Part shown: piece by piece, positions 20,942 through 31,632 of the stretch
Layout: every line of letters begins with the position of its first letter
How positions within the stretch are numbered: position 1 is the first letter of the stretch
Origin: a virus
Taxonomy: Duplodnaviria; Caudoviricetes
Virus record (IMG/VR): IMGVR_UViG_2840904412_000002
Coordinates: 1-64,000 of that record
Strand: one strand, 5' to 3'
DNA length: 64,000 bases
Notes under the pieces: generated by a model
Told to the model about the DNA's origin: nothing
The model's database searches: none
What the model saw: the letters and a program-made list of their open reading frames with translations, nothing else
Made by a program: the position numbers and the translations under genes

Positions 20942-21370
20942 ATGTATGAACAAATCATTAATAAGTGGTTTAGGTTACTAGTTGATGGTATTCATAGATA
21001 TGATGATACAATCCGTATTGAAGATATTTATAAGTTAGTAGAGGATATGGATTCTATGGATATAGTTAATGCTTACTACATGAAAGGCAATACAGAGTAT
21101 TGGGTAGCAGATTGGGCAGATAGTAAGAGTGAAACTAGCATTGAAAATATCTTAAAAAATAGAGGACTAGAGTATTCTTTTAAATCAGAACCAGAGTATA
21201 ATGCTTACTTAGTTACCTTAAATAAAAACATAGTTAGAATAAAGGAATACTATGATATAATTATTTTAGAAATTCTAAAGGATAATAACATAGTAGAAAC
21301 GATTACTATGAATGATTATAATAGAGTTTCTTTATACTTAGATACATTAATAAAGGAAAAGAAGAAGTAG
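20942..21370 (+). CDS. Hypothetical protein
   Basis: ORF with RBS AAGGAGG. Confidence 0.75.
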   Translation: MYEQIINKWFRLLVDGIHRYDDTIRIEDIYKLVEDMDSMDIVNAYYMKGNTEYWVADWADSKSETSIENILKNRGLEYSFKSEPEYNAYLVTLNKNIVRIKEYYDIIILEILKDNNIVETITMNDYNRVSLYLDTLIKEKKK

Positions 21371-22023
21371 AAAGATAGCTATAAGAATAGAATTTAGAAC
21401 TATTGTAAAGAAAGTAATTAGAAATAAATAAGTGAATACATAGAGGTATAAGAGGGAGTAGAGAAGAAGTAAATATAGATACCTTATAAGCAATGTAAAT
21501 AACTATACAATAGGTAATAGGTAATGTAATAGACAATAAGAACTATTAGGTAATATAAATAAGAAACAAAGAGAACTAATAGTAAATAACGTAAATAAGT
21601 ATACAGTAGACAGTAACAATAAATAAGAAATAAGTAACAGTAAATAACAATGCAATAGACAAAGAAACGGATAATATAAACCCCAGAACTTTTTCGTCCC
21701 TCTGCCTCGTCCTACTTAATGTAGTATCCGGTAATATTATATTTGAAATATAGATATTTATTATATTTTAACTACTATATAATGATTACTATTCTAGACT
21801 TAATATATAGTAATATACTAGTTATCTACCTTAATGTATTAGTTATTTATACTAATCGGGTACTATCAATGATTTACCCTACATTTATATAGTATTACTT
21901 ATATATCTACTCTTATATGATTTCAGCTTCTTCAGTTTCAGTTCAATTTATTTACTCAAAGGTATTGCTATTTAATGCTGTACATGTTATACTTTATATA
22001 TACTAATAAAGGAAGTGGTAATT

Positions 22024-22389
22024 ATGATTACAATTAAAGATATTATTGAGTTTGTTGAAGAGAACGGGGAGTATGAAAAATTGGAGTTCTTAACTGATAT
22101 TTATAAGCATACTTATACCTATACTGTAGATAACTATACTGTTTATTATGTAACGATTGATAAGGTTTTTTCCTCTAACTTAGTCCTATATAAGAATGAT
22201 GTAATGGTAAATAACTCCTATATCCATAGCAGAGCTTTCTGTGCTGACGTTGAGTTAGATAAGCTACTTAATAAGTCTAATAGTGTACTTGAGGTTATTG
22301 ACTACTATTATAATAAGCGTATGAAAGAAGTTTCTAAAGAGAATGAGAAGAAGCGGTTTTTAAATAAATTCATGAGTAGAGATAATTAA
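22024..22389 (+). CDS. Hypothetical protein (distant paralog of next gene)
   Basis: Shares EVID(Y/F)Y..KFM C-terminus with 22408..22746. Confidence 0.7.
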   Translation: MITIKDIIEFVEENGEYEKLEFLTDIYKHTYTYTVDNYTVYYVTIDKVFSSNLVLYKNDVMVNNSYIHSRAFCADVELDKLLNKSNSVLEVIDYYYNKRMKEVSKENEKKRFLNKFMSRDN

Positions 22390-22407
22390 TAAGGAGGATA
22401 ATAAGTT

Positions 22408-22746
22408 ATGGTTAGTATTAGAGCTGTTATAAACTACATTGTAGCAAATGGAGTAGAAAGAGTTGAAGAATCTAAGGTATCTCATATACTAGACTTGGGT
22501 AATGGTTATAGTATCGAATACATTATTCCCATTAGAATGGTCTATCATGAGGGTATTACTATACGTAAAAGAGGCTTTATTCAAGAGTTTAAAGGGGATG
22601 CTATTGATTATTTAAATGCTCAATTGAAGAAAGAAAATAACATTTACGAAGTCATTGACTTTTATGAGTCAGAGTCTATTAGAAAGGAATTTAATAGACA
22701 GTTAGAATTAGAGGAAGTAGAAAAATTTATGGGTAGACGAGAATAA
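22408..22746 (+). CDS. Hypothetical protein
   Basis: RBS AAGGAGG. Confidence 0.7.
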   Translation: MVSIRAVINYIVANGVERVEESKVSHILDLGNGYSIEYIIPIRMVYHEGITIRKRGFIQEFKGDAIDYLNAQLKKENNIYEVIDFYESESIRKEFNRQLELEEVEKFMGRRE

Positions 22747-22902
22747 AGTATTGTAACTATATTTACTCAAAGGTATTGCTATTTAATACCGTGCATGCTA
22801 TAATGTATATAGTAGTAATGTTGGTATATATCTATGAGATATTGAAAGATGATATTGACAATCACATTATTAATTATAGATAGTATAAAGGAGGAATTAT
22901 AA

Positions 22903-23127
22903 ATGAATTATAAAGAAGTATTAGAGGTTATTAAAAATAATAAACCATGTAAGGTTAGATTTACTGGTAGTACTTTGTTCCTTGCTAATAAGGAATTTAA
23001 TGTAGATACTGATAAAGGTATATTACAGATTGGTGTATCTAGTATTAATACAGACGACTATATTAAATTACAGCGGTATTGTTTAGAAAGAGATGAGTAT
23101 ACCGTAGAAGGTGCTATTTTATTTTAA
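22903..23127 (+). CDS. Hypothetical protein
   Basis: RBS AAGGAGG. Confidence 0.7.
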   Translation: MNYKEVLEVIKNNKPCKVRFTGSTLFLANKEFNVDTDKGILQIGVSSINTDDYIKLQRYCLERDEYTVEGAILF

Positions 23128-23139
23128 GGAGGTATATGT

Positions 23140-23340
23140 ATGGATTATAGAGATTTTATTACTGATTGTATTAGTGGTGGTTATAGTGTGTATATTAAAG
23201 TTACTGATAATAGAGTTCATGTTATTTCAGAAATGGAATCAGTATCCTATCCAAAGAAAGAAATTAATTTATATAACTTAAAATCTTACGTTTATTATAT
23301 GAGTAACTTTGGAAGTCCTATTACAATGGAGGGATTATAA
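23140..23340 (+). CDS. Hypothetical protein
   Basis: RBS AAGGAGG. Confidence 0.7.
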   Translation: MDYRDFITDCISGGYSVYIKVTDNRVHVISEMESVSYPKKEINLYNLKSYVYYMSNFGSPITMEGL

Positions 23341-23726
23341 TGAATAGGGTTAAACTATTAAAATTAATAGAGAATATGGCAGATATAAATAATATTGAAA
23401 TTACAAGTGTAAACTTTTATCCAGAAGCACTAGATATTAACAATAAAGCTAAGATTTGTATGGGTAGTAATTATGTAGTTCATAAAGTAAATGAGGGCGG
23501 TGGTAAAAGATGCTTTACTGTAGGTGAGATGTTAGATGAAGTTTTAGAGTTACTTAAACCTTCTTTTAGCAAGGGTGATTATATCACTAAAGGGGCACAA
23601 TCCGGATTACTTATTAAGATAGGAGTAGATTCTTACAATATTCTAAATGATGACAATGAAACTATCTATTATTATCCCATCTCGTTAAAAGAGTTAGAAT
23701 ATATGGGATGGAGAAAGAGGGATTAG
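23340..23726 (+). CDS. Hypothetical protein
   Basis: Coupled ORF. Confidence 0.7.
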   Translation: MNRVKLLKLIENMADINNIEITSVNFYPEALDINNKAKICMGSNYVVHKVNEGGGKRCFTVGEMLDEVLELLKPSFSKGDYITKGAQSGLLIKIGVDSYNILNDDNETIYYYPISLKELEYMGWRKRD

Positions 23727-23728
23727 CT

Positions 23729-24043
23729 ATGATAAGTTCAAGTCATGCTAAGTACCTATCAGAGATGTATAAAAATAGTGTACATCATGAAACTATAGAT
23801 AGTATTGTAGAAGATGTATTAGATAATATTAATGATGGTATTATTGAAGAAGCTATGAGAGGGAATACAAGTTATCAATATGTTCTTAGGGATTTAAGAG
23901 TAGATAATGAAGTAGAAGATAGAGTTATAGAAGAACTTACTATCTCAGGGTATAGTGTAAACTATGTTAGTAATAGCACAGAGTATCCTTTTATATCCAT
24001 AGATAATTTAGCAGGACTAGATTACTTAGAGATTAAATGGTAA
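23729..24043 (+). CDS. Hypothetical protein
   Basis: ORF with RBS. Confidence 0.7.
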   Translation: MISSSHAKYLSEMYKNSVHHETIDSIVEDVLDNINDGIIEEAMRGNTSYQYVLRDLRVDNEVEDRVIEELTISGYSVNYVSNSTEYPFISIDNLAGLDYLEIKW

Positions 24044-24365
24044 AATAAAGGGTTACTCTATGGTGTTACATTAGAATGATTCTAATCTAGGATTTTAATC
24101 TTTAAACCCTAGGAAAAGTAGTACTAAAATATAGAATCCCTTAGGTATGGGATTCTTATTTTCAAATTTATGAAAAAGTATATAGTATCTCCTAGAGGAA
24201 AGTTTTAATGTACTTAAAATAGCCAATTACTTATTATCATTTAGGGGTATCTAATTGATAATATTGAAAGATACCCGCTTCTAGTACAAATATACGAACA
24301 ATAAATAAATTTACTATATACAGTATTTGATACACTTAATATGTACTTATAAGGAGGTGGGTATT

Positions 24366-24761
24366 ATGCTTACTAGAAGAAGGGTAAAAGATATTCAAAA
24401 TAATATTAAAGAAAAAATAAACGTAGGACATAGTATAGAGTTAAAGGAAGAACAAGAACATTATAGAAGATTGAATACTGATACTTATACCATACATGAA
24501 TTAGATAAGATTATAGAAGAGCATTTAAATAATCTAGAAGATATATCTGTAAATGATTTGAGGATAGATTCTATTTGGTTAGGTACTATTGGTATATACT
24601 ATTACCCAATCGGTCAAAGTATGCAAGAGCAGATATATAGTATAAGAGAACTTAAATATATGAAAAAAAAATTTAAGAAACTAGGATTTAAAGCACAAAT
24701 ATCAAATAGCGATGTGGGATTCACACCTTACATTTATTTAAGATTAATATGGTATATATAA
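24366..24761 (+). CDS. Hypothetical protein
   Basis: RBS AAGGAGGTG. Confidence 0.7.
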   Translation: MLTRRRVKDIQNNIKEKINVGHSIELKEEQEHYRRLNTDTYTIHELDKIIEEHLNNLEDISVNDLRIDSIWLGTIGIYYYPIGQSMQEQIYSIRELKYMKKKFKKLGFKAQISNSDVGFTPYIYLRLIWYI

Positions 24762-25342
24762 GGAGGTATATTAGGAGTCTATATAAATAGGTGTAGGAAG
24801 CGGGTATTTCCTATTTTTTCCTTGACATTCATTATGGTTTATTATATATTAGTATATAAGGAGGAATTAATTATGAAATTAAAAAAAGAACCACAAAATA
24901 TAGATAGATAAGTAGACTTATAACCGCTTCTGTTGTTGAAGCGGTTTTATTATACTCTATTATAGTCTAATTCTTTCATATTTAACGTATACAGGGTTTT
25001 AAATGTATCTAGGTATATTTATACCAAAAAGTACTATCGTTTGTTATACGCCGTCTATGAAGCATATAGAGGGTATTATATTTCATTAAGTGTAGTGTCA
25101 GCTTTCAGGATAATTTTCTTTTCTAGGTAGGTTTATACCTAAAAAGTATTCTTGTTGGGTGACTTATTTATACATATAGTATATATACTATATGTATACT
25201 TTTATAATTTTTTTATTCCATGTAACTCCTATTAGTTACAGAGTTGTAGAGTAAATAATTGAAAATAGTGATTGACATTATATAAGGTATGGTCTATAAT
25301 CAGTAATAGTAGTTATTACTGTATAATATTGGAGTGTTGGTT

Positions 25343-25531
25343 ATGGTTAGTAGTATTATAGGACTTATTTTAGTAGGGATAATTAGCGTAGGTTTAGTAA
25401 GTGTGCTACTGTTTATGTGGTATGTAGCAATTTATACTAAAGATAAAGTATTACTTTCGGTTGCTATATTACTAACAGTTATTCTTGGATTAATTGGTAT
25501 AGGTTCTGTACTCAATTACTTTGGATTATAG
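25343..25531 (+). CDS. Small membrane protein
   Basis: Two TM segments; promoter TTGACA..TATAAT upstream. Confidence 0.65.
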   Translation: MVSSIIGLILVGIISVGLVSVLLFMWYVAIYTKDKVLLSVAILLTVILGLIGIGSVLNYFGL

Positions 25532-25542
25532 GAGGTGAGACT

Positions 25543-25776
25543 GTGGTTATATTTATATTGCATATTATTACGATTATTATCCTAGTAGTATGTTTTTGGG
25601 TACTTCTTTCTTCTAGTAGTCCTTTACATTTCTTAGCATCTGTATTTGTGTATATTACTATTATCAATATAGTAGGTATGTTAGATATAAGTAAGTATAT
25701 TTTAAATGTAATAGGATTCTTCATAATGGCTGTTGGGTTATTGATTCTTTTAATGAGAACAAGGATATATAGGTAG
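25543..25776 (+). CDS. Small membrane protein
   Basis: Hydrophobic; RBS AGGAGGTG. Confidence 0.65.
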   Translation: MVIFILHIITIIILVVCFWVLLSSSSPLHFLASVFVYITIINIVGMLDISKYILNVIGFFIMAVGLLILLMRTRIYR

Positions 25777-25925
25777 TATTTATCCTAGAAAGTAGAATGA
25801 GTGTCAGAAGCGGAGTTTATAAGAGCTGAGGAGGTATGTAAGTAGGAAGCGGTTAAGTATTTCCGCTTCTTTTTTGTTGACAGAGGTTAGGGTAAGTAGT
25901 ATAATGTATGTAGAGGTGATAAGGT

Positions 25926-26162
25926 ATGAAAGTAATAATTAAAGATGTAGAGCTAAGTGAAAATTGTATTGTGTTTAATTCTGTTATTGATGACTTTGGT
26001 ATCATAATTAACCATGATTATGGGTATAATGTACTATGCATTAATAGAGATGAGTCATCGTATGATGATGTAGGAGAAAACTACCTTGTGTATAGTAACC
26101 CACTAACTATTGGTGAACTCAATCGTGATAATAAATCAGTACCTAGTATTTCAATAGTATAA
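25926..26162 (+). CDS. Hypothetical protein
   Basis: Promoter and RBS GAGGTGA. Confidence 0.65.
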   Translation: MKVIIKDVELSENCIVFNSVIDDFGIIINHDYGYNVLCINRDESSYDDVGENYLVYSNPLTIGELNRDNKSVPSISIV

Positions 26163-26240
26163 GAAAAATTTATCACTTATTATAAGAAATAACTATCACA
26201 TTAACTTGACATATGAGTAAAAGTATGTTACATTATATAT

Positions 26241-26645
26241 GTAAGGAAAATAGAATAAAGACCTGAAGAGGATATGTGCAGTCAGTAGCATATCGGAATA
26301 GGGACAATTGATGAGGTGGTAGTGAGCCTCGAGCAACTGACATGAAACTCACAGGGCGGGTATAAGATTGCAATGCTTATACTTTGTAGTAATAGATACA
26401 CTATTACTTCTACCATAGTTGGTGATGGCTACCAGTGCAACAAAGGTCAGGGTGGACTCATAGATTCTTAGAATCGGGGTAGCATTTACCTATTAAGTTA
26501 GGTTACACGGATATGAGTGTGTGTAAAGATGTTAACAAAATGATACTAAACCAAGCCTATACTGAAAAAGTATAGATTAAATTCTCTAGTATTAATAGTA
26601 TACTTGTTATACTAGGGGGTTTAATCTACCCAGAACCTTCCTGAA
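26241..26645 (+). ncRNA. Candidate ~400-nt structured non-coding RNA
   Basis: TTGACA(26206)-17-TACATT promoter with TG; no ORF; GC-enriched; multiple hairpins. Confidence 0.55.
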
Positions 26646-26912
26646 ATATACTATATACTATTATTAATAATAAACTTCTTTATAATACTACTAATTACTT
26701 CTCACTTATATATATATATATATTACTTACCTTTATATACTTCTTATACAACTTCTTTATAATAACTTATTTCTTATACAATACCAACCATACTATACAG
26801 AATTACTTATAACTATACACTATACTATTATACTTAAGGATAAGTATATACTTTTTTAAGCATAATAAATACCGCTTCTAGTAATTAACTATTGAAGCGG
26901 TTAATGAGACTT

Positions 26913-27638
26913 CTATTCTATTTCATAATAATAGTAATATAAAGAATAGCAAAATTGTCCTTTATGGTTACCTAGTACTACTATAAGTTTTTTATCTACA
27001 TTAATTTCACGTAGTAAGTATGACTCTATTCCTGCAGATATGCTATCTACATCTTCAGAGAAACCTTCCATAATAATAAACTCATCAGCACGTATTCCTC
27101 CTAAATATCCGTCTTTCTTTTTTATAGTAAAATTATTCATAGGATGAAAATCTAATAGTACATCTAAATCTTTTAGGTTATTGCGCATTGTGTATTCATA
27201 ACTTTTAGATAATACTTCTTCAATATTGTTCTCATTAAGTTCTACATTTAGTATATTAATAGATTCTTTATTTAATCTATCAATAAATGTAAGTTTACCT
27301 TGTTCTATTAAAGGCATATATAGTTTGTTATTCCTAATAGAATGTAAGCTGAACCTATTCATAGCATCCATAGGTATATCTGTTGTAACAAATACATCAT
27401 TGTATACGTGACTTTTTACTGCACTTTCATATATAAATTGGTCTCTGGTACCACTATATTTATCTGGTGATTCATTACCTACGTGTAAATACATTTTATA
27501 CTGTGGTAAATGAAAACTAGGACTAGAATAATAAGACTTTCCATTTATTTTTACTTGCTTCCTTCTGGGATATTGATAAACGATATTCTTAGCTTCAAAA
27601 AACTTTTCCCATTCTAATTCTTTCTCTTTTTTATTCAT
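26913..27638 (-). CDS. Hypothetical protein with degenerate PD-(D/E)xK-like N-terminus
   Basis: WEKFF...YQY...YSSPSFHLPQYKMYLHV; RBS AAGGAG. Confidence 0.65.
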   Translation of the reverse strand: MNKKEKELEWEKFFEAKNIVYQYPRRKQVKINGKSYYSSPSFHLPQYKMYLHVGNESPDKYSGTRDQFIYESAVKSHVYNDVFVTTDIPMDAMNRFSLHSIRNNKLYMPLIEQGKLTFIDRLNKESINILNVELNENNIEEVLSKSYEYTMRNNLKDLDVLLDFHPMNNFTIKKKDGYLGGIRADEFIIMEGFSEDVDSISAGIESYLLREINVDKKLIVVLGNHKGQFCYSLYYYYYEIE

Positions 27639-27797
27639 AAAACTACTCCTTTCTAATAGAAGTGTACCAAACAATAAGATATTTGTCAATACTCTTTCCC
27701 GCTTCTATATAATTATTGAAGGCTATGTCACGAAACTAGACTTTCCTATACAGTTATAGTATACTAGTAATAGGTAATTAATAGGAAGGAGAGGGTT

Positions 27798-28067
27798 ATT
27801 ATCATAATAGATAGTAGTCATTTATCAGATGTACATTTTATAGTTAAAGGTAATACAATAAAAACTAAAGCACTAATTACAGATAATCATGTTTCTTATG
27901 CTTTAGTAGAAGATACAAATCATTTTGATACTGATATGTTCAAGTATGTATTTACATTAGAAGAACCTGAATCAACGATTGTATATCTCAATAACCAGAA
28001 GATAGGGCATACAAAAGAAGATTTATTCAAATTTTCTTATGATTATCTTAAACAATACTTGTTATAA
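27798..28067 (+). CDS. Probable 89-aa ORF with non-AUG start (not in ORF track)
   Basis: Stop-free frame after GGAAGGAGAGG RBS and TAGACT-17-TATACT promoter. Confidence 0.45.
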   Translation: MIIIDSSHLSDVHFIVKGNTIKTKALITDNHVSYALVEDTNHFDTDMFKYVFTLEEPESTIVYLNNQKIGHTKEDLFKFSYDYLKQYLL

Positions 28068-28298
28068 CTATTGACAAAACTTTTCCTGATACACAATTGA
28101 GAATAGAATGATAATACGTTTCGGACGACAGGTATATAATACATTGTAGATTACTTCTGTCGTCCGAAAGCCAAAAAGGAGTAAAATTAGTGTATGTCAC
28201 GAAAAAACGATTTTCAATTAATTACTCTTTATCTATTGACACTCATTCCTTTATACCTTATAATTAAACTATAATCAAATAAAGGGAGAAGATAACTT

Positions 28299-28595
28299 AT
28301 GGAATTATTAAATAGAATTGAACAAGAAGGTTTTGAAATTGAACATATTGAAGACGGGGAATATCTTATTAAAGATATTAATGGTAAGGAAGCGGTACTT
28401 ACGATGGCAGATGGATATGCTATTGTCACCAATAACGAGGGGCTAGAAACTCATATCTATGATAGTAAACCTTCATTAATTATCAGTGAGTTATTAGATG
28501 CTATGAACTATGACTTTGAAAAAGAACAGAAGAAAAAACAATTAGCCAAAGCAAGAAAAAATAAGTTTGATGATTTATTAGAACACTTTGATTAA
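28299..28595 (+). CDS. Terminal-repeat-type early protein
   Basis: Consensus TTGACA..TATAAT promoter, RBS. Confidence 0.7.
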   Translation: MELLNRIEQEGFEIEHIEDGEYLIKDINGKEAVLTMADGYAIVTNNEGLETHIYDSKPSLIISELLDAMNYDFEKEQKKKQLAKARKNKFDDLLEHFD

Positions 28596-28792
28596 TAGAA
28601 TCAATTTTAAACATATCAGTTAAGATAGGCTCTTGAGCTGACGCTAAGGAATTTTTCTCTAAGGGGTTTTATCCTAAAACACATTAAGTTGTAGAAACTC
28701 TAAGTAGACAAGTATAAATTTGGTATAAGAAGCGGAATGTATTTAGGGTAAAACTATAAGTTCCGCTTCTACTATAAAAAGGAGATGTTATA

Positions 28793-28996
28793 ATGAATAT
28801 TCAAGAGGCAAAGGATAAGTTATTTGAATTATTTTTATTAGACTTAAAGGATTATGATAATAATTTACTTGAGGACGATTTATGTAAGTTAGTTGATGAT
28901 ATGGAAGGATTGTTTGATACACAAAACCTTAGATATACTGATAGACATGGAACCGTTTTGTTTATTGAGGACTGGTTAGAGGGTGTAGAACCATAG
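28793..28996 (+). CDS. Early hypothetical protein
   Basis: N-terminus similar to 29117 gene. Confidence 0.7.
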   Translation: MNIQEAKDKLFELFLLDLKDYDNNLLEDDLCKLVDDMEGLFDTQNLRYTDRHGTVLFIEDWLEGVEP

Positions 28997-29116
28997 GATA
29001 AATCATTTACGATAACTTACCTTGAGATAAGTTGAGATACAGTAGGATGCAATAGCTTAGGATGTTAAGATACCTAAGTATAAGTTTAATACTATTATTG
29101 AAAAGGAGGTTTCTAC

Positions 29117-29536
29117 ATGAATAAAGAGCAAGCAAAGAATAAGTTATACGATGAGTTACTTTATACAGTACGTGAGTATGGAGGTACAGAAGCGGATTTA
29201 TTAGAGCTTATTGATAGTTTTAGTTATTTAGACGGGTGGGCTCCGATATTCACGAGTCCAGAAAGAGAACAACACTATTCAATTGAACAATTTCTTAAGG
29301 AACAAAAGCCTGTTTTAGAGAAATACTTAGATAATTTAGATATAGTATATAGTAAAGAAGTAATCAATGGTTATGTAATGTATAGGTTATTCAATGATGC
29401 CCTTATTATAAAACCAGATGAGGATAAGTATAATGTAAATATTAAAGTGGGGAATAGGGAGTTTATTACACTTTCCTTATTATCCTTTACGGATATAACA
29501 GATATTATTATAGGTAATAAAGATAAATTTCAGTAA
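29117..29536 (+). CDS. Early hypothetical protein
   Basis: RBS AAGGAGG. Confidence 0.7.
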   Translation: MNKEQAKNKLYDELLYTVREYGGTEADLLELIDSFSYLDGWAPIFTSPEREQHYSIEQFLKEQKPVLEKYLDNLDIVYSKEVINGYVMYRLFNDALIIKPDEDKYNVNIKVGNREFITLSLLSFTDITDIIIGNKDKFQ

Positions 29537-29728
29537 GTATAATTTAAATCCCTAGAGTGAAATACCTCTAGGGTTATTTTTATTATTTGACTAAGTATAA
29601 ACTAGCTTTCAGAAGTGAAAATAACTAAATACCAAAATGAGTAAGTAGCAGTTTTTGATTAAACCCAAAAATGAGTAAGTAGAGATTAACCTTTCTACCC
29701 GAAAAAGATATTAGGTAATAGATTCCTA

Positions 29729-29743
29729 AATATTCTGACAATT
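29729..29743. promoter_or_regulatory. CodY-box-like site
   Basis: AATATTCTGACAATT, 2 mismatches to AATTTTCWGAAAATT. Confidence 0.45.
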
Positions 29744-29781
29744 TAGACAAAAGGGAGAGCGGTCACAATGACCGCTTACAA

Positions 29782-29997
29782 TTAATTAATTTTTTTATAT
29801 AACTCTGATAATTCTTTTTCTAATTTTTCAATTAGTTTTGTGTCATTATTTTCTTTTGCTCTTCTTAACTTCATTTCACGGATTTTAATGCATCCGCTTC
29901 CTGAAGTCAATTTTCTTTCTAGCTTGTTGTCGTTCAAGTGGTCTAGTTTGCTTTTGCGTCCGTCTAATGTTACCCCAAAGTTTTTTTCATTTTTCAT
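29782..29997 (-). CDS. Basic hypothetical protein
   Basis: RBS GAGG; divergent from 30400 gene. Confidence 0.65.
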   Translation of the reverse strand: MKNEKNFGVTLDGRKSKLDHLNDNKLERKLTSGSGCIKIREMKLRRAKENNDTKLIEKLEKELSELYKKIN

Positions 29998-30153
29998 AAT
30001 TAATCAACCTCTTTTATATATTTTTTGTAGTGGTTTATTATCTCTTCTACACTTATAATGATAAAGCATAACGGCAAAAAAGTAAAGCATTTTTTGGGTA
30101 AAATTTTACACTTTTAAATAGTCGGAATTGTTTTCATATTTAGAACAATTCAG

Positions 30154-30168
30154 AATTGTCTGAAAATT
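30154..30168. promoter_or_regulatory. CodY-box-like site
   Basis: AATTGTCTGAAAATT, 1 mismatch. Confidence 0.55.
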
Positions 30169-30304
30169 TAAACAACTTAAAAAGGTCATCAGTTCCATTA
30201 TATAATAAGAATAAACCTATTGCAACACTTAATTTATTTAACATGTTGTGTATTATGTATTTAATAGTTCGGGTCGTGTTTTTTCTATATAATAGAAAGA
30301 AAGA

Positions 30305-30402
30305 AAAAAGAAATTTAAAAAAGTTAGTCAAAAGGGTTTACAAACTTTAGGGTCTATGTTATTATAACTATAGAAAGTTAATCAAAGGAGGAAAACACTA
30401 TG
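30305..30402 (+). repeat. Early promoter-RBS cassette (copies at ~31062 and ~32411)
   Basis: AAAAGAAATTTAAAAAAG..AAAAGGGTTTACAAA..ATGTTATTATAACTATAGAAAGTTAATCAAAGGAGGAAAACA. Confidence 0.85.
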
Positions 30403-30603
30403 AAACAAGCACAAGCAATTAAAAAATTCATTGAATTAAGAAAAGAACTAAAAGAACAAGGTTATATTATTTCTAAGAAACAGTTACTATCAAATATGGA
30501 AATTTGGTACTTAGATTTAAAAATTGCTTCCCAAATCGAATGGTTCATTAAAACACCTAACGATATTATCATTAAAGATATGAAAGAATTCGGGGACTTA
30601 TAA
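30400..30603 (+). CDS. Early hypothetical protein
   Basis: Promoter cassette plus RBS. Confidence 0.7.
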   Translation: MKQAQAIKKFIELRKELKEQGYIISKKQLLSNMEIWYLDLKIASQIEWFIKTPNDIIIKDMKEFGDL

Positions 30604-30772
30604 TATGATTAAAATTAAGATAGGCAAAAAGAAAATCAAAAGCACCGAAAAAACTGATAACATTTTAATTAGTATTGGGGCTTGCACACTTACAGCAATT
30701 ATGATAAAGTTAATACAACTACAATTTACATTACCACTTGAAACGTGGTTACGATAAGAAAGGAATGATTTT

Positions 30773-31075
30773 ATGACAAAGAAAATAGCACACGATATAA
30801 TGAAAGCATACGACTTTGATGCTTTCAGTGATAACGTGTTTATGCAATATAAGAACAAATTGAATGATACAAACTATCATTTAGAATTTAACGTATTTAG
30901 TGAAGATTGGCTTAACGGGTCAATCGAATTTTATAAGAAAAACAATTTCTTCAAAAAGAATAGAAACTTAAAAACGGGTTGGGCAACATTTAAAAATGGT
31001 TGTACAATCTTAAAGGTAGATAGTACATGCTATGTTATCTTAAATGGTGTACTTATTCACCAAAAAGAAATTTAA
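30773..31075 (+). CDS. Early hypothetical protein
   Basis: RBS AAAGGA. Confidence 0.7.
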   Translation: MTKKIAHDIMKAYDFDAFSDNVFMQYKNKLNDTNYHLEFNVFSEDWLNGSIEFYKKNNFFKKNRNLKTGWATFKNGCTILKVDSTCYVILNGVLIHQKEI

Positions 31076-31271
31076 AAAAATAACAAAAAGGGGTTTACAA
31101 AAACCCCTAGGCATGTTATTATTAATATAGAAGTTAAGGGAATGACACAAACAGAAAAAAACTTAAAAAAGTTTTTGAAAAGTGTTGACAACATAAAAAC
31201 TTCATGGTAATATAAAGATACAAGGTAACCAAAGCACACGGAAAAATTAAAATGTAAGGGAATTGATTAGA

Positions 31272-31559
31272 ATGAAAAAAAATTATTTATACGTAGAAAC
31301 GCACACAGTACAAGGTAAAGAGATTGAAGTGTTTAGAATTCCAAATGACACAAACGGAAACCCACGTTATGTAGTGCATTTTAAAGACCTTGGCGTTAGC
31401 CTTTGGGACTATGACAATATCAATAAACTATTCGGCTTTAAGAAATACACGGCAAAATGGTTTGGTGGCGGTGTAGTATTCCAAAGTTTCAACATAGCTG
31501 AGACTTTAGAACACGCATTAAGTGAAGTTAATGAAGCGGTAAACTTGAAGCAGAAGTGA
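31272..31559 (+). CDS. Early hypothetical protein
   Basis: NDTNGNPRYVVHF..GGGVVFQSFN; own promoter. Confidence 0.7.
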   Translation: MKKNYLYVETHTVQGKEIEVFRIPNDTNGNPRYVVHFKDLGVSLWDYDNINKLFGFKKYTAKWFGGGVVFQSFNIAETLEHALSEVNEAVNLKQK

Positions 31560-31632
31560 AAAGCCTTAAACAGAAAATTTACGAACTTCAAAACCCCAAT
31601 GAAGTCGAATTTAATATCGAGGAGGATTAATC

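Noticed and set aside
29755-29777. GAGCGG/CCGCTTA hairpin (and CCGCTTA at 33814) as Chi sites
   Set aside because: One mismatch to GAAGCGG; excluded from the count
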